Source: an uncultured Pseudomonadales bacterium (GTDB taxonomy: Bacteria; Patescibacteriota; Microgenomatia; UBA1400; PJMF01). From it: 64,000 nt of DNA. Shown one piece after another: positions 36,537 to 46,285 of the stretch. The number at the start of each line of letters is the position of its first letter. Position 1 is the first letter of the stretch. The notes beneath the pieces were generated by a model. It searched no databases. It was not told the origin of the DNA and was given only the letters and a program-made list of their open reading frames with translations. Made by a program: the position numbers and the translations under genes. The stretch covers positions 17,337 through 81,336 of the forward strand of contig CAZNOF010000004.1 of the NCBI GenBank assembly GCA_964574595.1, given 5' to 3'.

Positions 36537-37220
36537 TCAACTTATTTCGTTTCTTAGGTCTTGTTTGAACATATCATCTAGTCCAAGGTCATGTATGAGA
36601 TTCGGATGCTCTTGATTTATCTTCTGAAGTGTATCAATGAACCATTTCCACTCCTCTTGATAATTATCTTTTGATAGCAAGAAAAAGCACAATTCGCTTA
36701 CGGGATTCTTTTTTATTTCTAGAGGAAATTGATCAAACAAATAGAAGTTACCTTCTGCAACCCCTTTTACCGCAGTTTCAGGATAACCATATAAAATGCC
36801 ATCCAGAGATGATGAATGGCTTTGCTTAATCTTTTCTAAGCTGTCTTTATTGTCTGCAAAATGAAGGAAAAAATAGTGCCTTTCATCTTCGGGCTCATCT
36901 GGAGATTTAATTTCCCCGCCATCATCATGCGTGTCAACAATAAACCCAAGACTTTGTAATTCTGACACAAGATCTGCCATGCATTCTGGCCGACTTGAAT
37001 ATCCAATTTCTTCAGCATATTCAAAAGGGAATGACTTCTCACTTAAGTGGCAAGCCCCTTGTTTCATAAATAATATTTTTACTTTAAGTCTATTATCAAA
37101 ACATAACTTTATTACTGGATAATTTGAATCTGTTTCTTCAACAAGCTGCTCATGATGCGGTGAAAAATGTTCTTTTGATGGAAGCGGAGGCAGAGAGCTA
37201 TGCTTAGATTCTAATGTCAT
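36537..37220 (-). CDS. hypothetical cytoplasmic protein encoded in a locally AT-rich segment
   Basis: 227-aa ORF between the pseudopilin and the Cys-rich surface protein gene. No motifs. Confidence 0.4.
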   Translation of the reverse strand: MTLESKHSSLPPLPSKEHFSPHHEQLVEETDSNYPVIKLCFDNRLKVKILFMKQGACHLSEKSFPFEYAEEIGYSSRPECMADLVSELQSLGFIVDTHDDGGEIKSPDEPEDERHYFFLHFADNKDSLEKIKQSHSSSLDGILYGYPETAVKGVAEGNFYLFDQFPLEIKKNPVSELCFFLLSKDNYQEEWKWFIDTLQKINQEHPNLIHDLGLDDMFKQDLRNEIS

Positions 37221-37242
37221 ATAAGCACAATAAGGAAGTTCT

Positions 37243-40158
37243 CTAGTTCGTCTCTTGCCATAAGTATAATGGTTTCGTCATTTTCTCTGGCACGGTTACG
37301 AGGAAGTCGGGTCTGAAAGTGAACGTTTCAATTGCCTGGGTATTCCCTTTCAAGACGTTGGCGTTATTGAAAGTTCTTTGCAGTTGTACTCCACCCCATC
37401 CTACGAACGTACCTTGTCCGATAAACTTCAACTCATCTGCAGGCGCATTACTTTCAGTAATAATTGAGCCATTGGCAATGTAGACACCGGCTACACTTGG
37501 AGCACTTGAAGTGTTAGATCCGAGAGACTTATCAAAGATAATATTGCCTTTGACGATGAAAGCTAAGAAAGCACCTTGAGCAACTTGAATTGGTTGAGTA
37601 ATTCGTAAATCACCATTTACGAAAACCACGATTGAGTCGGTGGTATTCAGTGTCCAAGTAGTATTAATCGTAACGTTTCCATTGGCATAGTAACCGTGAG
37701 TTAAGCTAGACGCTGGCTGAGCCCCAGTAAAGTCTGGAGTGGTGCCTGTGCCAATACCATAGAGTTGACTAAAGTAGTTGTAATCTTCTCTTGGACCATT
37801 CAACTTCATCCCCTCAGCATGGGTGTTCGTTGCGCCTTCGTTGAGGTATGAATATGATGTCGTAACATCAGCCGTAGAATCAATTGCTCCACCAGCCGAT
37901 AAACTTGTACTATCACTATTAGCTGTGCCAGCTAAATCCTTCATGGAAATTGCCGCTACACAAGTTGCTGCATTGGCACAGGTCAGCGGAATCTGGGAGG
38001 TTATTGCAGGTCCTGCTGCGGCACCAGAATAGACGTAGCCGTTGGCCGTTTGCCACCAACCTGCCGGAGCTTGGGTTAGGAAAAAGTTAATGTTGCCAGC
38101 AGGAACTGAAATTCCAGAGTATGAACAGCCTGCCGGACAAGTACATCTATATCCTGCTGGGGCGGTTAAACTCAGAATGGAGTTTTGGTCATAGTTAAGA
38201 TTCGAGAAGGAATACGCAGTTCCGGAAACGGTTTTTGTCGTTGGTGTGCCATTAATTGTGGCAGTCATGGTAGTTGAAGGTAAGTTTAATAGTGGTTCGG
38301 CGGTGCTACAGATGCCGGTGTCATCCTGGAAGAAAGTGCCACTAAATCCTCCACCTAATGTAAAGGTGATTGGAGTAGTCCAAGGGCTATATAACGTTGA
38401 TCCACAGCTGGTGTTGATGGCCCTGACGCGCCAGTTGTAACTGGTCACTCCAGCATCGGCAGTGAAGGTGTAGTTGTTTGAAGCGGCTGGAGCTGGACAG
38501 TGATGATTGGCCACTGTGCATTCCTGACCGGCGGCTGTGCCAGTTGGAAAGACTTGGACTTCATATAGATCCGCTTTAGCAACTGGACTCCAACCTAAGG
38601 TGATTTGACCATTGGTTGGGACGACGGCATATCCATTCGGTGGATTCAAGCCAGTTGGAGTCGTTGGGGTTCCGGCATCGATATTTGAACAAGTACCACT
38701 ACAGCCGTCACTTTGACCACAAGCTGATGTACAGCTTGGCGTACAAGATGGTGGACAAGATCCACAGTCGTGCGGACAGCTGCCACAGTTCTCACCATTA
38801 TTACAAGAGTTATCACCACAGTAAGGTCCTGAAGGAGGGGTACAAACACCACAGTCGCCAGCACAACTTGAACAAGTCTCTCCACCGGCACAAACTCCGT
38901 TTCCACAACACGGAACTGCCGGACATGTAACCGTGTCAACTTGTCCGCAACTACTTGTTCTTGTTTTGGTTCCGGCTACGCCACAAGTATTAGCGTTGGT
39001 ACATGCTGAGTATGCTGGCCAAGTACAGGTTGGTGCGCTACATACTCCAATTCCACATCCGCAGCCAATGACTGCACAGGTTGACCCAGATTGGACGCAG
39101 GCTTCATCTGGTGACGATACTTGGCAAGTTTGTGGAGTATATCCCCCGCATGTACCTTTTCCTGCTCCACATGTACCTGTGCAGTAATCACCTGCACCAG
39201 TTGTTGTTGAAACAGTGATACACGTTCCATCATATGGTCCACATGCAACAGAAGTACAATCTTTACCGCTGATTGAGCATGTTTTTGAAGTTGTAGTGAC
39301 TCCAGTACAGTATCCATATCCACCAACAAGAACACCACAACGAGCACCTGAACATGCCGCATATGCTTGAGGAACTATTAAATTCTTTAAAGAAAGCAAT
39401 GAATTAAAAAATGCTTGCGTAGTTGGCGTAGTTATTTTAAAGATAGGAGCACTGACGTTTTTAGTCTTTTCCGCATAAACATTTGTGGCACTAGGGAATG
39501 TGGGTATTTCTTTATCATAGAAATTATAAAAAAAGCTTTTCAGAAAAGATGATGTGAGATACTCAGATGGAGTTAGGCCAAATTGGGTTGCTATTTCTGG
39601 ATCAATATAAACAGATATCTCAAATGTATCACCATTGGCAACACCACCGAAAAATGCGTTAGCAATTTTTCCCTTTACAACTTCGTTCATCAGACTATGC
39701 AGTGGAAATTTTTGAGTACTTGAATAATCGGCTGGCAATAACGATGCCGGTAAAAATGTGACTCTGATTCTTTTATAATCAGCTTTCCGCACTTTACTTT
39801 GCATGGCACCATTTTTGGCAACTGAATACTCTATAAATTCTTTATTGGCTAAAGGATTCAGACCTAAATCTTGAAGGTAACTAATTAATTGTTTTTGATC
39901 AACTTTATTATCTGCAATTTGATATTCAGGAATTTTACTAATTGCTTCAAATACCGTTTGATCAACAACTACAGCTGCCTGCCCATTTACATCAGGATTT
40001 CCGGTTAGTTTGTTTAAGCCAGGAACATTATCTTGTAGCGAAATAATTGCTGGAGATTGTGGTAAGTTATGAGATAACGCCAAGAATCTTAATGCAAAGA
40101 TGCCAACTAATCCCAAGAACAGGATAAAACTCAAGGCAATTATGACTCTTTTTTTCAC
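37243..40158 (-). CDS. large (971 aa) Cys-rich cell-surface protein with an N-terminal signal anchor
   Basis: N-terminus MKKRVIIALSFILFLGLVGIFAL. Central region with dozens of CxxC/CG repeats (CGDNSCNNGENCGSCPHDCGSCPPSCTPSC...). Ig/FN3-like segments. Confidence 0.55.
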   Translation of the reverse strand: MKKRVIIALSFILFLGLVGIFALRFLALSHNLPQSPAIISLQDNVPGLNKLTGNPDVNGQAAVVVDQTVFEAISKIPEYQIADNKVDQKQLISYLQDLGLNPLANKEFIEYSVAKNGAMQSKVRKADYKRIRVTFLPASLLPADYSSTQKFPLHSLMNEVVKGKIANAFFGGVANGDTFEISVYIDPEIATQFGLTPSEYLTSSFLKSFFYNFYDKEIPTFPSATNVYAEKTKNVSAPIFKITTPTTQAFFNSLLSLKNLIVPQAYAACSGARCGVLVGGYGYCTGVTTTSKTCSISGKDCTSVACGPYDGTCITVSTTTGAGDYCTGTCGAGKGTCGGYTPQTCQVSSPDEACVQSGSTCAVIGCGCGIGVCSAPTCTWPAYSACTNANTCGVAGTKTRTSSCGQVDTVTCPAVPCCGNGVCAGGETCSSCAGDCGVCTPPSGPYCGDNSCNNGENCGSCPHDCGSCPPSCTPSCTSACGQSDGCSGTCSNIDAGTPTTPTGLNPPNGYAVVPTNGQITLGWSPVAKADLYEVQVFPTGTAAGQECTVANHHCPAPAASNNYTFTADAGVTSYNWRVRAINTSCGSTLYSPWTTPITFTLGGGFSGTFFQDDTGICSTAEPLLNLPSTTMTATINGTPTTKTVSGTAYSFSNLNYDQNSILSLTAPAGYRCTCPAGCSYSGISVPAGNINFFLTQAPAGWWQTANGYVYSGAAAGPAITSQIPLTCANAATCVAAISMKDLAGTANSDSTSLSAGGAIDSTADVTTSYSYLNEGATNTHAEGMKLNGPREDYNYFSQLYGIGTGTTPDFTGAQPASSLTHGYYANGNVTINTTWTLNTTDSIVVFVNGDLRITQPIQVAQGAFLAFIVKGNIIFDKSLGSNTSSAPSVAGVYIANGSIITESNAPADELKFIGQGTFVGWGGVQLQRTFNNANVLKGNTQAIETFTFRPDFLVTVPEKMTKPLYLWQETN

Positions 40159-40221
40159 TCATCAATCTTAAATTTTTTCCCAAGTCAATACAAGTAGAAA
40201 AAACAAGAGCTTGCTCTGATG

Positions 40222-42474
40222 TTATTTTGCAGCTGGCTCAGGCGCGATAATGTCTAGAAAATCAAAGTCGACATTCGGATCCTTAGAGTTCAATCCCTTA
40301 ACAACAGAATAGATTTGTTTGTCAGGAGAAACTTGAGCAGCTGAGTTAGGCATCGTCTCTAATTTTAATGCTGCCAAAATAGCAGTACTTATAAACTGTC
40401 CATAACGAGTTTCAAATGGAATTACTTTTCCGACACTATCAGTATTATTTGACCAGCCATTTTCAATAAATCGGGATGATGCAAAGATTACGACCTCATC
40501 TTCACCGTTTGGTCCTTTGCCATAAGCAAATTCCATGACAGGTACGCCTGCTCCGATGAGCAATGTTTGCCCTGTTCGAACAGTGAGTCCCATTTCTTCT
40601 GCTTTTTTCTTCATCTCCACACCAGATTTAGACATAACAATTTTGATATCTTTGATGGAGTTAGCAGGCATATTCTTGAGGTCTAATCCAACGTCTTTTA
40701 ATGCATCATTGATAGAACCGGTGACTTGTAGATCTGTGGCGCCTTCCATTCCAATCACACTAATGCGGAAGGTATGGTTGGCTCCATTTTCATCAGTTAA
40801 TAACGTTTCAAGTCCGGTCGTAGCACCAATCACGGATAGTTCTTCTGGACTCAAGGCTCTTTGGTTAGTGTATTGCTGGACTTCTAGTTTGAAATCGACC
40901 GGGGTTTCCGTCAAAGTAAGTTCTGGGAAAGCGGTGTTAGGTACATCTGTTGGGACTGCTGTTGCTGGCGCTGCTTGAGCACCTTCCAGAGGTTTTCCTA
41001 CTGGTGCTACAGACACGATCATGTCCTTAGCTGGGTTGCCAACTTCAGGTTGAGCAATGGTCGCGATAATTCTTTTTTGTGGATCTAGTAGTTCATCAAT
41101 TGTAACAACAACAGAGTCGGTTAAAGCTAACGTTTTTTGACCAGGTTTAATGAGTCCAGCAGTTTGTTCAGCACTTACTAAATCAATTGCTGCGATTGGG
41201 GCAATGAAATCGCCTTCCTTGGCAACTGGGAAAAGTCTTTGAGACCCATCGTCCAGATGCATAACGAGAGAATTAGGTTTCATGTTAGTGGTAGTTTCTT
41301 GACCATTATTAGTTGAAATTAGATTCACTTCTTGAACAATCTTAATGGCAATTGTGAATTGATCAGCAGCATAGTAGACAGCAACCCTAGAGACTGTATC
41401 TCCAGCCCTTGTGTTAAGGTCTTTAACATATGCTTTTGCATCTGCCATTTGTTTATCAAAATCAGGTCCATAACTGCCAAAGTCTGCATTGTCATTTAAT
41501 ACGATTTCATAGTAATCACTTCCGTAGGCTCTAGCTTTTGATCCAGGCAGGGCGTCTTGAGCGTGCGTCAGAAACTGATCTATTACCGGGCGACGATCTG
41601 ACCCAACGAGTCCACCTTTTGGTAAATCAAACAACGTAAAGTTGGCAGGTAAAAATGTCTCTGAACTTTGTAAATTTGGAGACAATTCACTAGATTTACT
41701 TGTAGAATCAACAATTTTCCCATCATCTGCTGGAGAGATAGGTCTACCACCACCATCGATACCTTTATTGGCGGGAGAAATACCTTTGTCTGCCAATTTT
41801 GCTTGAATCAGGTTTAAAGAGGCAAGAATATTTCGATCAATGGAGTTTGTAAGAACTCTAACTTCTTCTTGTGATTGGTCGTTCATTGTTTGCGTTTGAG
41901 TAACATCAGGAAGCTTGTTATCTGCTCCTGCTACGGCGTCCACTGCCCCACCGAGGAATGCAGCAGTCATGACTACGCCAATTGCTTTCCAAACACTTGG
42001 GAAACGAGGAGGTCGTTGTGCTTCTTTAAGTGAGTCAAAAGCGGTTTGACCATTCAAATGTAACAGCATATCTAGTCCGGCAATGGTATTTTCCAATTTT
42101 CTTTGCAAATTGCGGATCATGATGAAAACCGATGACTTTAACTCTGCTTCACCTGGTTGGCGGAGCAAGGTTGTCTTGGATTCTAAGAAACCCATTAAGA
42201 AGTCATAAACACCATTTACTTTTTTCTGAGTTGAAATGAGTTCTGATAAGACACTTTTAATCTCGTCTGGGGTGTCTAGTCTAAGGTCTGAGTCTACGGG
42301 GACTTCAGTTTCTGATAAAGCAGATTTAATGACGTTCAATACGCCTGGAACAGTAGCAGTTTCCTGTCCTTTATTATTTATGATTTTCTCTACATCATTC
42401 CCATAAAACTCAACACCAGATTGTTTATCTGTTTGCATATATCTCGATCTTCTTGGTTCGTATTCTTTTAACAT
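40222..42474 (-). CDS. hypothetical bitopic membrane protein (750 aa), first gene of the minus-strand pilus-associated operon
   Basis: Single TM helix (WKAIGVVMTAAFLGGAVDAV) about 160 aa from the N-terminus. Large C-terminal extracytoplasmic region. Confidence 0.5.
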   Translation of the reverse strand: MLKEYEPRRSRYMQTDKQSGVEFYGNDVEKIINNKGQETATVPGVLNVIKSALSETEVPVDSDLRLDTPDEIKSVLSELISTQKKVNGVYDFLMGFLESKTTLLRQPGEAELKSSVFIMIRNLQRKLENTIAGLDMLLHLNGQTAFDSLKEAQRPPRFPSVWKAIGVVMTAAFLGGAVDAVAGADNKLPDVTQTQTMNDQSQEEVRVLTNSIDRNILASLNLIQAKLADKGISPANKGIDGGGRPISPADDGKIVDSTSKSSELSPNLQSSETFLPANFTLFDLPKGGLVGSDRRPVIDQFLTHAQDALPGSKARAYGSDYYEIVLNDNADFGSYGPDFDKQMADAKAYVKDLNTRAGDTVSRVAVYYAADQFTIAIKIVQEVNLISTNNGQETTTNMKPNSLVMHLDDGSQRLFPVAKEGDFIAPIAAIDLVSAEQTAGLIKPGQKTLALTDSVVVTIDELLDPQKRIIATIAQPEVGNPAKDMIVSVAPVGKPLEGAQAAPATAVPTDVPNTAFPELTLTETPVDFKLEVQQYTNQRALSPEELSVIGATTGLETLLTDENGANHTFRISVIGMEGATDLQVTGSINDALKDVGLDLKNMPANSIKDIKIVMSKSGVEMKKKAEEMGLTVRTGQTLLIGAGVPVMEFAYGKGPNGEDEVVIFASSRFIENGWSNNTDSVGKVIPFETRYGQFISTAILAALKLETMPNSAAQVSPDKQIYSVVKGLNSKDPNVDFDFLDIIAPEPAAK

Positions 42475-42737
42475 AATTACTCTACTCTCTGTTGTTCTAC
42501 TTGGTCAATCGATGTTTGAGCATAAAGCTCATCCGTTTAAATATTATTCTAGGCCTTTGAATTGCGAAAAAATTATTTTCCGCCAAGACATAGTATATTG
42601 ACTTGATGTAATTATACCTCTGGGCTTATAATTTTACATACATAGCCGTTACACACGATTTTCAGCAGTTATTGCTTGGTATGCAGGTCAAAAAGATCTG
42701 GAATACATATCTACTATGTGTAAAAAACTATCAAAAG

Positions 42738-42790
42738 TGTTATAATTTCCTCTTGAGTAACGATCTGGTTAAATTCAGATCTCGTTTTTT
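42738..42790 (+). promoter_or_regulatory. extended -10 promoter (TGtTATAAT) followed by the inverted repeat GATCTG-n8-CAGATC
   Basis: TGTTATAAT at 42738..42746. IR at 42762..42781. A second GATCTGG lies at 42695. Upstream of the methyltransferase gene in a 340-bp AT-rich spacer. Confidence 0.35.
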
Positions 42791-42813
42791 ATTATGGGTT
42801 TAATTTAAATCAC

Positions 42814-43872
42814 ATGGCACTGCACGAAACGCTTCGACGATCTGATATGGCATACCAAAATGGCAAACGAGCCACTGGAGAAGTTGCTGCGGCTAAAGAG
42901 GTGACTTACAGGTATCTGGATGAATCTTGGGATGTAACCAGTGCTCAAAAAGCTACAACAATTAAGTCATATGATTCTGCAGCGAATCTATATCAGGAGC
43001 AAAATGGTGGACTTGAAATAATAAAGGTGATGTGGGAAAAAGTTTTCAAAGATTACAAAGAAACAATAATCCAACTTCCAGAAAGAGCAAAAATATTTCT
43101 TCCGGGTATTGGTACATCAAGGGACGCTTTTTTTCCAACTTTGCTTAGGCCGGGCATAAAAGTAGTTGGCTCTGATCTTTCTCCTGGGATGTTAGCTGTT
43201 GGTCAATCCAAAATTGAGCAGCTAACCTGGACTGATATAAAAGAAATTGGTGATTTTATCCGTGAGCTTGATCCTATGGGCGGTCGATGGATGATCAACA
43301 GGTTAATTGATTCACTCCAGGATAATGCGGATATTCTTTCATATGAGAAGGGATCTGAGGGTTCCGCAAGTGAAAGAATTGACATTCAAAAGCTTTTTAA
43401 GATGGAGGAGGTAGTGAAAAGCTTAGTGAAAAGAATTTTCTTGTTGCAGGAAGATCTAAGACACCTTTCGTATGCTGACAATACTTTTGATATGGTGATG
43501 GCGATTGCTGTATATCCCCATTTGTCAAAGAGAGACGTTCTTCCAGCAGTTTTAGAATCTTTAAGGGTTTTAAAACCTGGCCAGATTTTCTATTTCGACC
43601 TAAGAGCTGATCTTGCAAATTGGTATAGTAAGCCTAAAGGTCGAACTTTTGAAGACAATGTCTTGAACGGAGGAAGTCGTTTTTTCAGCACTTATACCTT
43701 ATCCGAAGTTCTAGAACTCATTACTGAACTAAAAAGAATAATTCCTCCAATTGAGGTTACATTTGATAACCACTTTTCTCCTCACTTTGACACTCATAAG
43801 CCTCCCTTCTTGCAATTTCAAATTAGAAAAGCAAAAGAAGTTACTCGTCCTTCTCTTAAGAATGCGCCTTGA
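42814..43872 (+). CDS. class I SAM-dependent methyltransferase
   Basis: Motif I-like FLPGIGTS. Acidic post-I VVGSDL. Motif II NTFDMVMA. Motif III LKPGQIFYF. Confidence 0.6.
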   Translation: MALHETLRRSDMAYQNGKRATGEVAAAKEVTYRYLDESWDVTSAQKATTIKSYDSAANLYQEQNGGLEIIKVMWEKVFKDYKETIIQLPERAKIFLPGIGTSRDAFFPTLLRPGIKVVGSDLSPGMLAVGQSKIEQLTWTDIKEIGDFIRELDPMGGRWMINRLIDSLQDNADILSYEKGSEGSASERIDIQKLFKMEEVVKSLVKRIFLLQEDLRHLSYADNTFDMVMAIAVYPHLSKRDVLPAVLESLRVLKPGQIFYFDLRADLANWYSKPKGRTFEDNVLNGGSRFFSTYTLSEVLELITELKRIIPPIEVTFDNHFSPHFDTHKPPFLQFQIRKAKEVTRPSLKNAP

Positions 43873-43942
43873 GATAAACCATGACTATTCAAAAAATATT
43901 CATTTGGTACAATACACCAAATTAAATTAGAGGCTATAGTTT

Positions 43943-44521
43943 ATGAAAATCTATTTCAGTGCAGCTATCTACGCGAAAGAGAAATACGACAAGTACTATC
44001 TTCAGATTGCGAAAACACTGGAGAGTTTGGGTCATGCTGTTCAGCATGAACATATCACCGGGGCAGTAAGTCTTGACGACATAAAGAGTGATACTCAGGA
44101 ACAAACCGACGCCTATTACAAAAAATTTCTCCGCTGGATGAATGCCGCTGATATCGTCGTTTTCGAAGCTTCTTTCCCATCAAGTTTAAACATTGGTCAT
44201 GAAATCACTTTAGCTTTAGACAAAGGCAAGCCAGTAGTTGTCTTCTACAAAAAAGGATTTGATTCCATTTTCTTAAACGGTTTGCATTCCGATAAACTCT
44301 TCTTAGTTGAATACACTGATGAAAACTTAGTTGAAACTGTCAAAGACAGTATCGATTATGCCAAGGATCAATCAGACACTCGATTTAACTTTTTCTTGCC
44401 ACCATCCTTAATGTCTTACATGGACTGGATTTCTGAGAAACGAAAAGTTCCTCGATCCGTTTATTTGCGAGAATTAATTGAGCGAGACCGCGAACGAAAT
44501 CGCGAGTACAACGAAGCGTAA
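43943..44521 (+). CDS. nucleoside 2-deoxyribosyltransferase-like (Rossmann/flavodoxin-like) domain fused to a C-terminal ribbon-helix-helix-like motif
   Basis: KIYFSAAIY....ADIVVFEASFPSSLNIGHEITLALDKGKPVVVF parallels the NDT/DNPH1 family, with the Glu of GHE at the catalytic position. Tail RFNFFLPPSLMSYMDWISEKRKVPRSVYLRELIERD resembles RHH/CopG. Confidence 0.45.
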   Translation: MKIYFSAAIYAKEKYDKYYLQIAKTLESLGHAVQHEHITGAVSLDDIKSDTQEQTDAYYKKFLRWMNAADIVVFEASFPSSLNIGHEITLALDKGKPVVVFYKKGFDSIFLNGLHSDKLFLVEYTDENLVETVKDSIDYAKDQSDTRFNFFLPPSLMSYMDWISEKRKVPRSVYLRELIERDRERNREYNEA

Positions 44522-44741
44522 ACTCCTTTCAGTTCTAAATTTTTAACCTATTTCAATAACTATGAGTAGCATTTTGCTGCTTTTTTTTGTGACTTTTATG
44601 ACTTATCTTGCATACGTAATAATTGAGTAATTTAGATTTTTATATCTATTTATCAATCTAAAGCATGTATGTAATTTAGTATTGACAACTCGGCAACCTT
44701 CCTCTAAATTCTACTATTACTAGATTAGAAAAAGGAAAATT

Positions 44742-45254
44742 ATGTCAGAAGTTGTTCGTACTCGCGAAAGATTTAAACTATCTTCGTCAGTTTTTTTATT
44801 ATTTTTACAGGGTAATGAAATTCTTTTTTTATTGAGATCAAATACTGGTTGGTTAGATGACCATTACAGTCCTCCAGGAGGTGTCAAAGAACCAGGTGAA
44901 ACACTCCCTGCAGCTGCAATCCGAGAAGCCACAGAAGAAGTTGGGTTAACGGTTTTGCCAGAAAATCTTATGTTGGCTCATGTCATGCATAACTTTACTA
45001 GTGGCCAAGAATGGATTGCCGCTTTTTTCATTACAGAAAAATGGAGTGGTACCCCAGGGATAAAAGAACCACATAAACATTCGGATCTTAAATGGGTGCA
45101 TATTGAAAATTTGCCCGAAAATACATCACCTTATGTAAGACAGGCCATTGAAGCATATCTTGAAGAGATGCCTTATTCAGAATTCGGTTGGAATATTCCT
45201 GCTGACTCAAAAGATGAGGAATATGATCATAGACATGTGCCAAGAAAGAAGTGA
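44742..45254 (+). CDS. NUDIX hydrolase
   Basis: Nudix box GGVKEPGETLPAAAIREATEEVGL (Gx5Ex7REUxEExGU). TTGACA-17-TAAATT promoter-like sequence upstream. Confidence 0.8.
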   Translation: MSEVVRTRERFKLSSSVFLLFLQGNEILFLLRSNTGWLDDHYSPPGGVKEPGETLPAAAIREATEEVGLTVLPENLMLAHVMHNFTSGQEWIAAFFITEKWSGTPGIKEPHKHSDLKWVHIENLPENTSPYVRQAIEAYLEEMPYSEFGWNIPADSKDEEYDHRHVPRKK

Positions 45255-45303
45255 GCTATCTGCCCCTATTTACTCCACACCTCGCCTTTGCTAAGCTTAT
45301 CTC

Positions 45304-46242
45304 ATGTGGAATTTCTCGGATCGAACAGTTCAAGTCAGAACAGCAATTATCACGTTGGTGGGAATTCTAGCTGTCTTTGGGGTGATTTTTGTAATTTTGT
45401 TAAATAAATCTGGGATTACAAACACTGACAGTGGATCCGGAAGTGGCACTCAAACAGCTGAAAAGTCTAGGCCAGAAACGGTCGATGTATCACCATTTAT
45501 TCCTGTTAACACTATCTCCCCAATGATCAAGCCATGTCTGTTTGTTTTACTGAATTCTTGTGCTGAAACAGTAGGTGCCTCAATTGCTGTCGATCCTAAC
45601 CCAGTAGTGGATCCCACTAAAAATACAGGTGATGAGCAAAAGGCAGTTGATGATGTTTACGCAACAATTCATATGGGCTCGAATCCGGGGTTAGCGAGTT
45701 ACTCGGCGCCGATCGATAAAAATATGGTGGCTGCCTACTTTCCAGAATACAAACAGACGGCAAGCACCAGTGCATTGACAGTACCTTCAGGTATTGTGGT
45801 TGGGCGTGTAGCGGCAAAATTTGATATTAATCAACGTGTCCTACTAGGATTAATGGCAGTGGTAAATCGCGGCGGTGGTCCTCTCTTCTCTTCCTCAAAT
45901 GACTACACCACACCTTATTTCGCCAAAGATCCAGGATTCTTAAAACAATTAGTCGCAGTGGCCACAGATCTAGAGGCTACTAAAACAAAATATGTACTCA
46001 TGCAGTCAGACCAAAAGAAATTGCCTACTGCCGTGACCTTCTTTGGAAAGCAGTACACGGTTGATCCCAAGACAAATGCCGAGTCCTTAGCCATTGCCGA
46101 CTTTTTAAGCAGAAACATCTCAGATAAAAAGGATTTTGAGCGCGCAATATACTTCCCACAATCTCCAGATACATCTGGAATTCCAATTTCTCAGAACTTC
46201 ATTTTGTTGTATCAAACCATGTATAAGATCAATCCATATTGA
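45304..46242 (+). CDS. hypothetical membrane-anchored extracytoplasmic protein
   Basis: N-terminal TM helix followed by a GSGSGT linker. Preceded by the conserved TTTGCTAAGCTTATC pre-ATG motif. Confidence 0.5.
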   Translation: MWNFSDRTVQVRTAIITLVGILAVFGVIFVILLNKSGITNTDSGSGSGTQTAEKSRPETVDVSPFIPVNTISPMIKPCLFVLLNSCAETVGASIAVDPNPVVDPTKNTGDEQKAVDDVYATIHMGSNPGLASYSAPIDKNMVAAYFPEYKQTASTSALTVPSGIVVGRVAAKFDINQRVLLGLMAVVNRGGGPLFSSSNDYTTPYFAKDPGFLKQLVAVATDLEATKTKYVLMQSDQKKLPTAVTFFGKQYTVDPKTNAESLAIADFLSRNISDKKDFERAIYFPQSPDTSGIPISQNFILLYQTMYKINPY

Positions 46243-46285
46243 TCTTTACAGTCACTGAAAGCTTGATACAATCAGAAAAATACTG

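Noticed and set aside
38600-39400. Short-period repetitiveness that could be mistaken for a CRISPR or tandem-repeat array
   Set aside because: It is the coding region for the Cys-rich repeats of the 971-aa protein (TGC/TGT codon periodicity). No spacer-repeat structure. The antisense ORFs 38616..38930 and 38646..38939 are artefacts.
45640-45670. tRNA-like T-arm sequence GGCTCGAATCCGGGG
   Set aside because: It lies inside a continuous CDS, and the flanks do not form acceptor, D or anticodon stems.
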